Positions 1-10,946 of a stretch of DNA of 64,000 nucleotides are shown piece after piece. The notes beneath the pieces were generated by a model. That model ran no database searches. It saw nothing but the letters and a program-made list of their open reading frames with translations, and was not told the origin of the DNA. Within the stretch, counting starts at the first letter, position 1. Each line of letters begins with the position of its first letter. Location: the NCBI GenBank assembly GCA_963796685.1, contig CAWCMR010000011.1, positions 32,001 through 96,000 of the forward strand, given 5' to 3'. The DNA is from an uncultured delta proteobacterium. GTDB lineage: Bacteria; Myxococcota_A; Polyangia; Fen-1088. Both the position numbers and the translations under genes were made by a program.

Positions 1-195
1 GTGGCGGCGCCCAACACCTGGAAAGGCATCCTGGCCAGCGTGGTTCTGTTCCGCATCTTCGATCAGTGGAAGCCGTGGCCGGCGCGCCAGGCGGAAGGCT
101 GGCGCGAAGGCTGGGGCGTGGTGATGGACGATGTGTTCGCCGGTTTGTGGGGCGTGCCCTTTGTCCTGCTCGGGCGTGCCCTGCACTGGCTGTAG
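1..195 (+). CDS. pgpA: Phosphatidylglycerophosphatase A, 3' part (runs off window start)
   Basis: FRIFDQWKPWP...GWGVVMDDVFAG matches the PgpA C-terminal signature. Confidence 0.85.
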   Translation: MAAPNTWKGILASVVLFRIFDQWKPWPARQAEGWREGWGVVMDDVFAGLWGVPFVLLGRALHWL

Positions 196-231
196 CGTAA
201 AGGGACAGGGGACGCGACCCGGTCGATGCGT

Positions 232-2352
232 TCATGCGTCGGCGGTCTTGGGCACGGGGGGACGCCTCCGGGCGGAACGAATCTCCCTGACCAGCCATAC
301 GAGGGCGGCAAGCCACGACAGCATGGTCAGAACCAAGCCAATCCAGAATACCGGGGGCGAGTACCGGGTTGAAACGGCGTGTTTGCCGGCCTCGACCGTC
401 AGCGCACGCAACCCACCAGCCACCTCGCTCATGGGGATCGTACCGGAGGCATCGATGCGAGCCCGCCAACCAGGAGAGTACATCTCATTGAACACGAGGG
501 TCATCCTCTGGGGCAGGTTCACCGCGTAGTCGACTCGATCCGGCAAGTAGCGCAGGATTTGGAAGTCGACCGCAACCGCCTCCTTCTCGAAAGCTTCCCC
601 GCTCGTGGGGGGAGAGTCCCCCACGAAACCCACCACGCGCTTTCCGTCGACGAGAAAATGCCGGAAGCCTTCGGCCAGTACGGTATCGAATCGCTTGAGA
701 TGGAAGTTCGTGTAGGAAGCGAGATAGAAAGTCTTGTTCAGGAACGCATCGCTCGAAGAAACGTCTTCGAGCGAGTGGGCGTCGACGCGAGGACGCATGG
801 CGCTGGCGGGATCGAAGCCGGGGACATGAATATCCCTGAAATCGAGACCTCGCCTGACCGACGGATCGTCCTTCGGCCGGGCGAAGAGGTGGGCGTCGGT
901 GCCGGCGTGCATGCCCGAGTCGAGCGCGGCCAACACGATCAAACAGACTGCGACTCCGGCCGAGCTACCTCCGCGCGCAAGGCAAACGAGCGCAATCGCC
1001 AGGACCAGCAACTCGATGAAGACGACTTGGGTGAAGCCTTGGGCCAACGCATCCGCGCTTGCGCCTGGATAGATCACGTCCTTCAACCAAAAGAGGCCCA
1101 GGAAAAGAAGAACCACCAGTCCGCCCAGCACGCGAAACAGCCGTTGCCTGGCGTTCGCATCGTCCCATACACTCGCCAATCCGGCGCCAGCCAGGAGACT
1201 TCCCGCAAGCACCGCCATGGCACGACTGTCAGCGGACGGAAAGCGCGAGAAATTCAGGAAGGACAGGTAATCGTGTGCGGCAACGCGCGCGAAGAAGTGA
1301 CTGCCTAGACTCATGAGAAGAGCGAGGACGAATCCAACGGCGAGGACCGCCGTACGCCGGTCGCGGCGAGAGAGCACCGCGACCAGTGCAAGAGCGAATG
1401 CAAGGATGCCGAAGTACAGGCCACGCATGGAAATGTCCGCGGTCGCACCCACGGGAGCCAGCGGCACATACGCACCGAATACGAGATGCCAGAAGTCGGT
1501 CGGAGAGAGGCTCTGTACCAGGGAGGCATCGGTGGTCAGCGGCTCTCCTCGCGTGAATGTGGCCATATTCGTGGCAATGGGAAGCCAGAACCCCGCGGAG
1601 ATGCCCAGGGAGAGGCCGATGGAAAGCAGGAGCCCGCCGACGAATCTCTTTCGACTCGCCTTGTCCGCGCATTCACAGACGAACAGCCAGATTGTCCAAC
1701 AACCGAACCACAGTGGGCTGAGAATCACCACTCCCGGGTAGCCGCAGACGACCAAGAGCGCCAGCGCGCAGGCAAGCAAGGGCCGGGCCCAGCGCTTTCC
1801 CTGCGCGAGCAACCGAATGCCGAGGAGCACCCACGGGATGATGGAGAAGGCGCTGATGATATCCGGATGCTCGGCATTGCACAGACGGGCACTGGTGAAG
1901 TTGAACGCGATGGCGGCAACGAGAGCCGAGGAACGGCGTGACCAGAGGTTGTACGCGAGGGCATACACGCCCACGGAACCGAAAAGCAGGATGAACAGAA
2001 GTTGTCGCTGCGCGACGAGCAGGTCGTATCCGAAAACCAACGACACGAACCATGTCAGAGGCGACCACAGTTGAGACTGGGGCTGCATGAAAAAGGGCGC
2101 ACCGGCCTGCCCGTAGGGGAACCAGGTGGGAATGGCCCCGGCGCGAAGCGTATCGCTGATGAACACCAGGAAGCGTGAATAGGAGTCGATGAAGTCGTAG
2201 GGGATTATCCGGTTGGGAATGCCGTGACTGCCACGCAAACTGCGCTCCAGTACGGCGACGTGCCAGCCCAACAGGGCCGCGAGAAAGGGCCAATGCCCTG
2301 CCCAGGGCAGCCTCGCCATGGCTTTGCGAAATCCCTTGAAGACGGTGCTCAT
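232..2352 (-). CDS. YfhO-like polytopic membrane glycosyltransferase (GT-C fold)
   Basis: N-terminal W-x-PY-xx-G-x-PF motif, many TM helices, C-terminal NEMYSPGWRA; ATG at 2352 preceded by GAGGAG. Confidence 0.75.
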   Translation of the reverse strand: MSTVFKGFRKAMARLPWAGHWPFLAALLGWHVAVLERSLRGSHGIPNRIIPYDFIDSYSRFLVFISDTLRAGAIPTWFPYGQAGAPFFMQPQSQLWSPLTWFVSLVFGYDLLVAQRQLLFILLFGSVGVYALAYNLWSRRSSALVAAIAFNFTSARLCNAEHPDIISAFSIIPWVLLGIRLLAQGKRWARPLLACALALLVVCGYPGVVILSPLWFGCWTIWLFVCECADKASRKRFVGGLLLSIGLSLGISAGFWLPIATNMATFTRGEPLTTDASLVQSLSPTDFWHLVFGAYVPLAPVGATADISMRGLYFGILAFALALVAVLSRRDRRTAVLAVGFVLALLMSLGSHFFARVAAHDYLSFLNFSRFPSADSRAMAVLAGSLLAGAGLASVWDDANARQRLFRVLGGLVVLLFLGLFWLKDVIYPGASADALAQGFTQVVFIELLVLAIALVCLARGGSSAGVAVCLIVLAALDSGMHAGTDAHLFARPKDDPSVRRGLDFRDIHVPGFDPASAMRPRVDAHSLEDVSSSDAFLNKTFYLASYTNFHLKRFDTVLAEGFRHFLVDGKRVVGFVGDSPPTSGEAFEKEAVAVDFQILRYLPDRVDYAVNLPQRMTLVFNEMYSPGWRARIDASGTIPMSEVAGGLRALTVEAGKHAVSTRYSPPVFWIGLVLTMLSWLAALVWLVREIRSARRRPPVPKTADA

Positions 2353-2380
2353 CGGTATCTCCTCATGCGGACTCACCCGG

Positions 2381-3097
2381 TTACTTACTCGATCGCTGTG
2401 ATCGAATGAAGGTCCTCAGCTCCTTCAGCACCGCGACGAATGCCAGTGGGCCCACCGAGGACTTTCCCCGTGTGCGGTCGATGAGCGGAACCGGAATCTC
2501 CGCGTGACTGTAACCAGACTTCTGCAATCGGTAGAGCAGTTCCGCATCCACGAACCAACCCTTCGAGGTCAACTCGATGTCTTGGGCTATGCTCCGCTTC
2601 AAGATCTTGAATCCCGCATTGATATGCCGGACCTTCAAACCGAGGACGCTGGTTATCAACTTGTTGTAGACGAAAGACTGGAGCTTGCGTCGCAGCCCAC
2701 GGTTGTCCTGGGAGCGGTAGCTCGTGACGTAGTCGACGCCAGCGAGGAGCGGCAATGCGGCGAAGATCGCCTCGAGGGGAAAGAAGAGGTCGACGGTAAT
2801 GAGCCAAAGCAGGTCCTTGGTGGCGTGGCGGTATCCCAGCTTTACGGCCGCTCCGAAGCCATTCCGCGCACCTTCGTGGATGATCCTGATGTTCGGAAGC
2901 ATGGTGCACAGCTCGTCGCATCTCTCGTAGGTTCCATCCGTGCTACCGCTCTCCACCACGAGAATCTCGTGGTCGAAGTCGTGATGGACGAGGAATTCGC
3001 TGATGGCGCGAAGTCCGCCTTCCAGCGCCACCCGCTCGTTGTAGACCGGCACGATGACGGAAAGGGAGAAGGGTTGGCGTGCGGGATCCATGTTCAA
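2381..3097 (-). CDS. GT2 glycosyltransferase (polyprenol-phosphate glycosyltransferase-like)
   Basis: SVIVPVYNE, GSTDGT, R..GKS motifs of DPM1-like GT2; DxD is degenerate (TVD). Confidence 0.85.
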   Translation of the reverse strand: MNMDPARQPFSLSVIVPVYNERVALEGGLRAISEFLVHHDFDHEILVVESGSTDGTYERCDELCTMLPNIRIIHEGARNGFGAAVKLGYRHATKDLLWLITVDLFFPLEAIFAALPLLAGVDYVTSYRSQDNRGLRRKLQSFVYNKLITSVLGLKVRHINAGFKILKRSIAQDIELTSKGWFVDAELLYRLQKSGYSHAEIPVPLIDRTRGKSSVGPLAFVAVLKELRTFIRSQRSSK

Positions 3098-3100
3098 GTG

Positions 3101-4016
3101 CTAGCGAATCTGTCGGATGAAGGTAAGGAAACGCTGGTGGGGAATGGCGAAGTTGCCGGATACCCGCTGATCCTCGGGCACGTCTTGCGTCACCACGGCT
3201 CCCAAACTGATCGCGGCCCGATGGCCGATGGTCAGGGCGCTCGAGATCGTGGCGTTGGGACCGATCCAGACCTCGTCACCGATCACGACGCTGCCGGTGA
3301 TGGAGGCGTGGGCGCCCACCAAGCAGGCGCGGCCAATCCGGGTGCAGTGACCGACATAGACCAGGTTGTCGAGCTTGGTCTGGTCGCCGATCGTCGTGTC
3401 GCCGCGAAAGATATGCCTGTCCACGCATCCGTTCGACTTGATTTCGACTTCGCGGCCAATCTTGACGCCTCCCACGTGGGCTATCTTCACCAGCCGGCCG
3501 TCGAGGCGCTCGAACTGGAATCCGTCGTTGCCCAGCACTGTCCCTGGCCAGATGATCGAGTCGTCTCCCACCTGCACGTCTCTTCCGATGGAGACACCAT
3601 CGCCGATCACGACCCGGTCGCCAATGTGCACGTTGTCGTCGGCCAACGAAGCGGACGGCGAGATGCGACACCCCTCACCGATGCCAGTGTCCAGAGGACG
3701 GCGATAGAAATCGGTTCTTTCCGCCAAGAAATTGTGGAAGAGGAAGAAATCGACGCGCGGCCGGAGGGAGAAGGCCAAGCCGAGATCGGCACGCTGCAAG
3801 CTCGCTTGCGCGCCGAGCGTCTCGAAGGCGGCCCGGGTGGTCAGAATCGCCGTCACCTCGGCACGGGCCGCGCAGTCGGCCAGAAAAGCCGCGTTTCCCG
3901 CGTAGGTCAACGTTCGTGGACGGGGCCCTCTCAGGTCGAATCCACAGTTCTCGAAAATGCCCTCGCGTTCCACCTGCAAAGTGGGATCGAAAGACTTGAG
4001 GGTGGAGAAGCTCCAT
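3101..4016 (-). CDS. LpxD-like hexapeptide-repeat N-acyltransferase (apparent +1 frameshift just after the ATG at 4016)
   Basis: GNDGFQF, HVGGVKIG, TKLDNLVYVGH and hexapeptide repeats; removing one G from ATGGAGC joins the ATG to the 3101-3979 frame. Confidence 0.75.
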
Positions 4017-4023
4017 GACCAGC

Positions 4024-5122
4024 CTACTCGGTGTATTGGTTGATGATCCCGAGAATGCGCTCCAGGGTCGACGGCGGAAGCTCGGGGTACATGGGCAGGG
4101 CGATCACTTGATCGCAGAGCTTCTCGACGACGGGAAGTGCGCCACGCCTCATCCCCAAGAAGGCATTGGCCTGCTGCAGATGGAGCGGCAGGAGGTAGTA
4201 GATATTGGTCTGCAATTGCTGCCCATCGCAGTGGGCGATGAAGCGTGCGCGATCACCAAGGAAGCGACACACGAAGACGTGTTGGTTGGAGACGACATTG
4301 GACGGGATTCTCTGCGGGACGAACAGCTCGGGCGAGAGCCCTCGCACGTACGCCTCGGCTATTTCGCGCCGGCGCCGGTTCATCGCCTCCAGGTGAGGCA
4401 GCTTGGCTCGCAGCACGGCGGCCTGGAGCTCGTCGAGCCTGCTGTTGCGCCCGTGCCGGACGATGTGGTGGTAGTCGGTCATTCCGTACATGCGGAGAAG
4501 CACGATCTGTTCCGCGATGTCGGAGCGGTTGCTCGCCACCAAACCGCCGTCACCATAGCCGCCCAGGTTCTTGCTGGGGTAGAAGCTGAACGCCGCACAA
4601 TCGCCCATCGCCCCGGCCTTGACTCCGTCGAGGGAGCTTCCCGTGGGCTTGGCACGCGTCCTCGATGATGGGGATCTCGCGCCCGATCGATTGCCGCAAC
4701 CTCGGGACGTCCACCACGTTACCGAAAATATGGACGGGAAGGATGGCCTTGGTGCGCGCGGTGATGGCGCCCCGCACCTGATCCAGATCCAGCAGGAAGG
4801 TGTCGCGGCACACGTCGACAAAGACGGGTTTGGCACCACTATCGACGATGGCCGAAACAGTCGGAATGGCAGTGAAGGGGGTGGTGATGACCTCGTCGCC
4901 GGGGCCCACTCCAAGGGCCTTCATGGCCAAGGTCAGCGCATCGGTACCGCTGGCCAGCCCGATCGCGCGTCGGACCCCCAGGTACTCGGCGAACTCGCTC
5001 TCGAAGGACTTGCCCTCCTCGGCAAGCACGTATCGTCCCGACTGCAAGACGCGTGCAATCGCGGTGTCTATCTCCTGCCGATGGGCCTCGTACTGGGCCA
5101 GCAGATCACAGCGCCAAATCAT
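4024..5122 (-). CDS. DegT/DnrJ/EryC1/StrS sugar aminotransferase, frameshifted at ~4638
   Basis: SGTDAL and IEDACQAHG in one frame; FSFYPSKNLGGYGDGG and NSRLDELQAA in the next; one extra base in GGGAAGC. Confidence 0.9.
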
Positions 5123-6077
5123 GTTGCTCTCGAAAGTACTCGATCGTGAGCCCGAGCGACCTGGAAAAGTCGGCCCTTGGGATCGGCCCGATGACCCGCC
5201 CAAGCGCCTCGTCGCTGAAGGCGGACTGCCCCAGATCGAGTGCCTTGATCTCCTGCGGTGGCTCTTCGCAACGAACCCCGCCGCGACCGGCGATCTTCAC
5301 CACGCGCTCCGCAAGCTCGCGGACCGCCATCTCGTGGCCGGCGACGTTGAAGGCCGCGAACCCCTTCAACCCCGCCTGCGACAACCGTTGCACGACCTCG
5401 CACAAATCTTCCACGAAGAGCAGCGAACGCCTGCCGTGGCTGCCGTAGACGACGATGGCCTTGCCTTGCAGTGCGTCGCGAATGAAGCCGCCGATGAGCC
5501 CGATGTCCTCGCCCGTGCGAGGCTGGTTCGGGCCGTAGCAATTGGGAAATCGCACGCTGATGACGTTCAGGTGCTTGAGCTTGGCGAACACGCGGAAGTG
5601 GTGGTCGGCCGCGGTCTTGTGGACGCCCTGGACGTCTTCGGGAACCATGGGGGTCTGTTCGTCGATAATCGATGTGTTGGGTTTCCCGTACTGGCCGCGC
5701 GAGCCCAGGTAGACGACGGGGGTAGGAAACCCCTCGGGGATCCGGGTCAAAAGGTGAAGGTGGGATTGGACATTGCAGGCACAGTCGAAGAGCGGATCCC
5801 GCAGCGCCAGTCGGTGCATGGTCCAGGCCATGCAGTCGATCACGAGACTGGTGTCGTTCAGCAGCGCGGGCAGATTCGAAAGTCGCTCGATGGCGGAAGC
5901 GAAGACGGTCGTGCGATCGGAGAGCCCCGCGAGATTTTCGCGGCGTCCCCCGGTCTGGGGGAAGAATCCGTCGACAATGGTGACCGCATAGCCTCGTCCG
6001 TCGAAAAAGCGGGCCAGGTTGCTGCCGACGAAACCGGCCCCGCCCAAAATCAAGACCCTTGGCACCACGGCAGTCAC
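5106..6077 (-). CDS. NAD-dependent epimerase/dehydratase (extended SDR)
   Basis: GGAGFVGS Rossmann motif, RFPNCYGP. Confidence 0.85.
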   Translation of the reverse strand: MTAVVPRVLILGGAGFVGSNLARFFDGRGYAVTIVDGFFPQTGGRRENLAGLSDRTTVFASAIERLSNLPALLNDTSLVIDCMAWTMHRLALRDPLFDCACNVQSHLHLLTRIPEGFPTPVVYLGSRGQYGKPNTSIIDEQTPMVPEDVQGVHKTAADHHFRVFAKLKHLNVISVRFPNCYGPNQPRTGEDIGLIGGFIRDALQGKAIVVYGSHGRRSLLFVEDLCEVVQRLSQAGLKGFAAFNVAGHEMAVRELAERVVKIAGRGGVRCEEPPQEIKALDLGQSAFSDEALGRVIGPIPRADFSRSLGLTIEYFREQHDLAL

Positions 6078-6775
6078 TCTTTGAAATGACGTTCGTAGGC
6101 GTCCCGTGCCTGCTGGTAGTCGTCGATTCGACCGATGTCGAGCCAGTACTCCTGCATCTCGTATTTCGCGATGGGGATGTGCCGGTCGAGCATGGCCTGG
6201 ATCAGCTTGTCCATGCCGAAGTACTCACCCTCGGGTATGAGCGAGAATATTTCCGGTTCCATGACGTACATCCCGGCCAACGCGTAGGTGACCATGTTCG
6301 GCTTTTCCTCGATTCGCGTCACCATGTCGCCGTCGAAGTGGATGTTCCCGAACGCATAGGGCGTAACGATCTTCTTCACCGCAACCGTGAGCAGGGTCCC
6401 CTTGGTACGCGCAAAGTCGAAGAACCTCGTGAAATCCATCAGGCTGAGGATGTCGCCATTCATGACCAGGAAGGTGTCCGTCAGCTCGGGTTGTAGCAGC
6501 TTGATCGGACCGGCCGTGCCGAGCGGCTGGGCCTCGTGGCTGATGGTCAGCCGAACTCCATAACGGGATCCATCACCGAAGAAGTTCTCGATGTAGTCCG
6601 ACATGTAATTCGTGGCCAGGAAGATCTCTTCGAACTGGTATTTCTTGAGATGCTCGATTTGGATCTCCAACACGGCCTTCTCCCCGATCGGGAGCAGCGG
6701 TTTCGGGATGACCTCGGTAAACGGCTTCAATCGAGAGCCCAGCCCACCGGCGAGTATGACGGCCTTCCTAGACAT
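6074..6775 (-). CDS. Sugar-phosphate nucleotidyltransferase
   Basis: LAGGLGSRLKP..PKPL, PLGTAG, NGD, WLDIG. Confidence 0.9.
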   Translation of the reverse strand: MSRKAVILAGGLGSRLKPFTEVIPKPLLPIGEKAVLEIQIEHLKKYQFEEIFLATNYMSDYIENFFGDGSRYGVRLTISHEAQPLGTAGPIKLLQPELTDTFLVMNGDILSLMDFTRFFDFARTKGTLLTVAVKKIVTPYAFGNIHFDGDMVTRIEEKPNMVTYALAGMYVMEPEIFSLIPEGEYFGMDKLIQAMLDRHIPIAKYEMQEYWLDIGRIDDYQQARDAYERHFKE

Positions 6776-7760
6776 TGTAGATTCCTGTCTTGTACTTCTT
6801 GAGGTTGTTGGGGTCCAGAAACCACGGAATGGTCAGCAGCAAGCCATCGGTCAGACCGAGACGGGGCACGAAGCCGGTCAGGTCACGCAATTTCGTGTTG
6901 TCGCAGGCGAGGCGGCGCACTTCGCTGTCCGCGGGCCGCTGGCGTGTCTCCTCCGTCTTGATCTTCACCTGCTTCTCCATCAGGCGGGCAATCAATTGCA
7001 GAAGCGCCTCGATGCTGATCTCGTGCTCGGAGCCGATGTTCACTTCCTCGCCGACAGCCTTGTCGCAGGCGGCAAGGGCAAGGATGCCCTGGCAGGTATC
7101 CGAGACATGGTTGAGGTTGCGGGTCGGCGTGGTATCTCCGAGTCGCACCTCGTCGGTGCCTGACGCGATCTGCGTGATGATGGTGGGAATGACAGCCCGG
7201 GCGGACTGACGTGCACCGTAGGTATTGAACGGCCGGGCGACGATCACCGGCAGCTTGTGCGCGAAGAAGAAGCTGCGGGCAAGCGCATCTGCCGCGATCT
7301 TGGTCGCGCTGTAAGGAGACTGGGGCTGCAGGGGATGCTTCTCGTCGATGGGAACGTAGCGGGCGGTGCCATAGACCTCGCTGGAGGACATCTGAACCAG
7401 CCGCTCGACATCGTTGTCCAGGCAGGCTTGGCAAATGTTGAGGGTTCCGACGACGTTGGTTTCGACGTAGCTCGCCGGGGCAGCGTACGAGTAGGGAATC
7501 GCGATGAGGGCCGCCAGGTGCAAGACGACATCGACATTCTTGCAGATGTTTCGACATAGATTCGGATCCCGTACGTCCCCGCTGACGACCTCGATGTCCT
7601 TGAGCCGAGCTACGTCGTCCAGCCAACCCCAGCTGTTGAAAGAGTTGTAGAGGGCCAGAGCACGCACGCTCTTGGCTTGATGGAGGGCTATTTCCGCCAG
7701 GTGCGAGCCGATGAAACCATCGGCGCCGGTGATTAGAATCGATTTGTTGTGTAAGTCCAT
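6768..7760 (-). CDS. NDP-N-acetylglucosamine 4,6-dehydratase, LegB-like SDR
   Basis: TGADGFIGS, YNSFNSWGWLD, LAALIAIPYSY, PQSPYSATK, C-terminal YK..IYNV. Confidence 0.85.
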   Translation of the reverse strand: MDLHNKSILITGADGFIGSHLAEIALHQAKSVRALALYNSFNSWGWLDDVARLKDIEVVSGDVRDPNLCRNICKNVDVVLHLAALIAIPYSYAAPASYVETNVVGTLNICQACLDNDVERLVQMSSSEVYGTARYVPIDEKHPLQPQSPYSATKIAADALARSFFFAHKLPVIVARPFNTYGARQSARAVIPTIITQIASGTDEVRLGDTTPTRNLNHVSDTCQGILALAACDKAVGEEVNIGSEHEISIEALLQLIARLMEKQVKIKTEETRQRPADSEVRRLACDNTKLRDLTGFVPRLGLTDGLLLTIPWFLDPNNLKKYKTGIYNV

Positions 7761-7942
7761 GTCGACCTTGGTAGCGAGACAGGAATCCTCTGGCGCTCTA
7801 CCCCGAGGATGGCTCACTTGTCCAGGCCGCGTCCTGTGGCCTTCGCGTTGTCTCTGTCGCTGGCTGCCTTCCTGCCGTGACTGCTGTCACACGCTTGCTT
7901 GGGAGGGGCACATCCAGCCGAGATGCGGTCAAGGAAGTCCCG

Positions 7943-8773
7943 CTAGAGCGAGGTCAGCACGGCCCGCAAGTCGGCGGCGAAACGGCCCCGCGGCGCAAGC
8001 TCGAGGTAGCGCTTGTACGCTGCTCTGGCCGCGGCGGATCGACCCGCGGCTTGTTCGGCGCCGCCGAGGTAGACGTAGGCCTCGGCGCGCTCGGCGTCGA
8101 GGGTAACTGCCTTCTTGGCCCAGTCGAGGGCCTGGCGGGCTCGGCCGCGTTCGAGCTCGGTTCTTGCCAGTATCACGGCCAACTCGGCCGATTGCGGAGT
8201 TTCGTCGATGGCCTTGGGACATGTCTCGAGCACGTCCGTGGCGCGGTGTCGATCGAAGGCGTTTCGACAAGCCTCGAACCCGTCGGTTTGCGGTTTGGCC
8301 GCCACCGCCCCGGTCGCCGGCGATGAGGAAGAAGGCGTCCGACGTTCGGCGGCCGGGGCAGGTGCGGGAGATTTTGCCGGAGGCTCGGCCGTGGCTTTGG
8401 CGGCAACCAGGTCTTCGGCGGGAGGCGCGACCGGGGTCGCAACCGGAGCGGCAGGTTCAGTCGCTCGTGGCGGAGTCGCCCGATGCAAGCGCCCGAACGA
8501 AACCAGACCGAGGACACAGGCCGCTCCCAGGGCGGCGGCGTAGTACGAGGTTCGGCGTCGGGCAAACCAGCGGCGCGGGCTGCCCGCCCCCGTGGTGGGG
8601 TCGCTGACCTCGTCCGTCGCGTGCTGCCAGCTCGAGAGAGCATCCCCTTCCTTGAAGAACCCGTCTTCCAGCGGGTCGAAGTGCACGACGTGCTCGGGCG
8701 TCATGGGCAGGATCTTCGCCGTCAGCTGCTCGGATACGATGATCGATGGCTGGTGTTGATGCGCACGCCTCAT
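7943..8773 (-). CDS. Membrane-anchored TPR protein
   Basis: Single TM, Pro/Ala linker, C-terminal TPRs (AEAYVYLG...YKRYLELAP); ATG 8773 with GGAGG. Confidence 0.7.
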   Translation of the reverse strand: MRRAHQHQPSIIVSEQLTAKILPMTPEHVVHFDPLEDGFFKEGDALSSWQHATDEVSDPTTGAGSPRRWFARRRTSYYAAALGAACVLGLVSFGRLHRATPPRATEPAAPVATPVAPPAEDLVAAKATAEPPAKSPAPAPAAERRTPSSSSPATGAVAAKPQTDGFEACRNAFDRHRATDVLETCPKAIDETPQSAELAVILARTELERGRARQALDWAKKAVTLDAERAEAYVYLGGAEQAAGRSAAARAAYKRYLELAPRGRFAADLRAVLTSL

Positions 8774-8950
8774 GCGAACCTCCGCAAGGACCAGAGTCCC
8801 AGGCCCGTCCGCACGGTTCAGTCCCGTCGGGGCGGTGTGAGTTGCGCCACGGTGCGAAGGGGTCATCATCCGCTCTGCAAGATTGGTGTCGTGTCCCGGG
8901 AATTCCTTACCAGGACCGGCGCGGTTTTCCGAGTCGCTCCGCGGCAGCCG

Positions 8951-9790
8951 CTATCTCACGCCGGCCTTCTTGGCCTCTTCCCACAGCCTGTTCTGCTCTT
9001 CGGGGGTCGCCGACTTCATGGTGCGACCCTCGGCTTCCAGGCACTCCTCCATGTGACGAAAGCGACGCCCGAAGCGATCGGTGGCTTCGCGCAGGGCGTG
9101 CTCGGCATCGAGATCGAGCTTGCGCGCCAGGTTCGTCATCGCAAACAGCAGATCGCCGAGCTCGTCGGACATGGCCTTGCGGTCCTTGTCCGCGCAGGCC
9201 TCGTCGAATTCGGCCAGCTCTTCCCGCACTTTGTCGCGCACGCCCGCGACGTCGGGCCAGTCGAAACCGACCGCGCCGGCTTTCTCGCCCGCGCGCATGG
9301 CGCGTACCAGTGCGGGGGCGCTGCGCGGGATCCCGTCGAGAGCGCCCTTCTTGCCCTTCTTCGCCTTTTCCGTGGCCTTGAGCTTGGCCCAGCTGGCCAG
9401 CGCCTCCTCCGCGTTGTTCGCCTGTACGTCGCCGAACACGTGCGGGTGTCGGCGGACGAGCTTGCGCACGATTCCCTCGATGACCTCGTCGATGCCGAAG
9501 GCGCCCTCGGCATGGCGCAGCTCGGCCTGGAAGATCACCTGCAAGAGCAGATCGCCGAGCTCCTCGCAGTGGTCGGCCACGTTGCCGGATTGCAGGGCGT
9601 CCACGACCTCGTAGGTCTCCTCGACGAGGTAGGGCAGAAGCGAGGGCAGCGTTTGTTCGCGATCCCAGGGACACCCGTCGGGGGCGAGCAGGCGCTGCAT
9701 GAGACCCACCAGGCGGGGCAGGTTGGCGCCGGTTTGTTTCCCTGGCAAGGGAACGAGATTGAGAGTCGGGGCTGGCGTTTCGTCGTTCAC
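8951..9790 (-). CDS. mazG: Nucleoside triphosphate pyrophosphohydrolase MazG
   Basis: [28 protein letters not shown], second ELGDLLF; start approximate. Confidence 0.95.
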   Translation of the reverse strand: MNDETPAPTLNLVPLPGKQTGANLPRLVGLMQRLLAPDGCPWDREQTLPSLLPYLVEETYEVVDALQSGNVADHCEELGDLLLQVIFQAELRHAEGAFGIDEVIEGIVRKLVRRHPHVFGDVQANNAEEALASWAKLKATEKAKKGKKGALDGIPRSAPALVRAMRAGEKAGAVGFDWPDVAGVRDKVREELAEFDEACADKDRKAMSDELGDLLFAMTNLARKLDLDAEHALREATDRFGRRFRHMEECLEAEGRTMKSATPEEQNRLWEEAKKAGVR

Positions 9791-9890
9791 GGGCCTGCAG
9801 TCTAGCCCCGGGACCTCTAGCCCGCATTGTTCTTCATCCCATGCTGCCTGGTTCTTGCCGGGCGTTCGTGCTACAGAGGACCGTGCAATC

Positions 9891-10925
9891 TTGAGCCCTC
9901 GATCCACCGATCATTCGCATTCCGGCACCGACGTCGAGTCGGATCGCGTCGTTCTCGACGACAACCGCGTCGCGCTCATGCTCTTCGGCGAGCGCAACGC
10001 CAATCTCAAGCGCATCGAGATCGAGACCAACGCCAGGCTGCACTCGCGCGGCAACGAGCTGACCTTGATGGGCAGCGCGGATGCCATCGGGCAGGCCAGG
10101 CGCCTGGTCGAGCAGCTGTACCGCATGGCTCGCAGCGGCCGGCCCATCGGACCCGAGGACGTGGGGCGCGCCGCCGAGGTCCTGCGCGGCGACGCCAGCG
10201 CCAACTTGCAAGAGGTTTTTTCGGACACCATCCTGGTCGGCAGCCACGCCCGTCCCATCGCCCCCAAGGGCCTGGCGCAGAAACGCTACGTGGACGCCAT
10301 CCGCGAGCGCGACATCGTCTTCGCCATCGGCCCCGCGGGCACGGGCAAGACCTACCTCGCCATGGCGCTCGCCTTGCGCGAGCTGCTGGAGAAGCGCGTG
10401 AAGCGCATCGTGCTCACCCGGCCGGCCATCGAAGCCGGCGAGCGCCTGGGATTTCTGCCCGGCACCATGGAGGACAAGGTCTCGCCCTACCTGCGTCCGC
10501 TCTACGATGCCTTGCACGACATGGTCGACTTCGATCGCGCGCAGCAGCTGATGGAGCGCGGGATCCTGGAGATCGCGCCGCTGGCCTTCATGCGCGGGCG
10601 CACCCTCAACGATTCCTTCGTGATTCTCGACGAGGCCCAGAACACCACCAGCGAGCAGATGAAGATGTTTCTCACCCGCCTCGGGTTCGAGTCCAAGGCG
10701 GTGGTCACCGGCGACGTCACGCAGATCGACCTGCCCGACCGCCGTCGCTCGGGCCTCACCGAGGCCGAAGCCCTGCTCAAGGACGTCGAGGGCATCTCCA
10801 TCTGCTACTTCACCGAGGTCGACGTGGTTCGCCACCCTCTGGTGGCCAAGATCATCCGCGCCTACGAACGCAAGCGGGCCGAGGACGACGCCGACCAGGG
10901 CGGCTGGGCGCGCCCCGCGAAGTAG
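9891..10925 (+). CDS. phoH: PhoH family ATPase
   Basis: [35 protein letters not shown]; start approximate. Confidence 0.95.
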   Translation: MSPRSTDHSHSGTDVESDRVVLDDNRVALMLFGERNANLKRIEIETNARLHSRGNELTLMGSADAIGQARRLVEQLYRMARSGRPIGPEDVGRAAEVLRGDASANLQEVFSDTILVGSHARPIAPKGLAQKRYVDAIRERDIVFAIGPAGTGKTYLAMALALRELLEKRVKRIVLTRPAIEAGERLGFLPGTMEDKVSPYLRPLYDALHDMVDFDRAQQLMERGILEIAPLAFMRGRTLNDSFVILDEAQNTTSEQMKMFLTRLGFESKAVVTGDVTQIDLPDRRRSGLTEAEALLKDVEGISICYFTEVDVVRHPLVAKIIRAYERKRAEDDADQGGWARPAK

Positions 10926-10946
10926 TCGAGGGGGAGGGGATTGACC

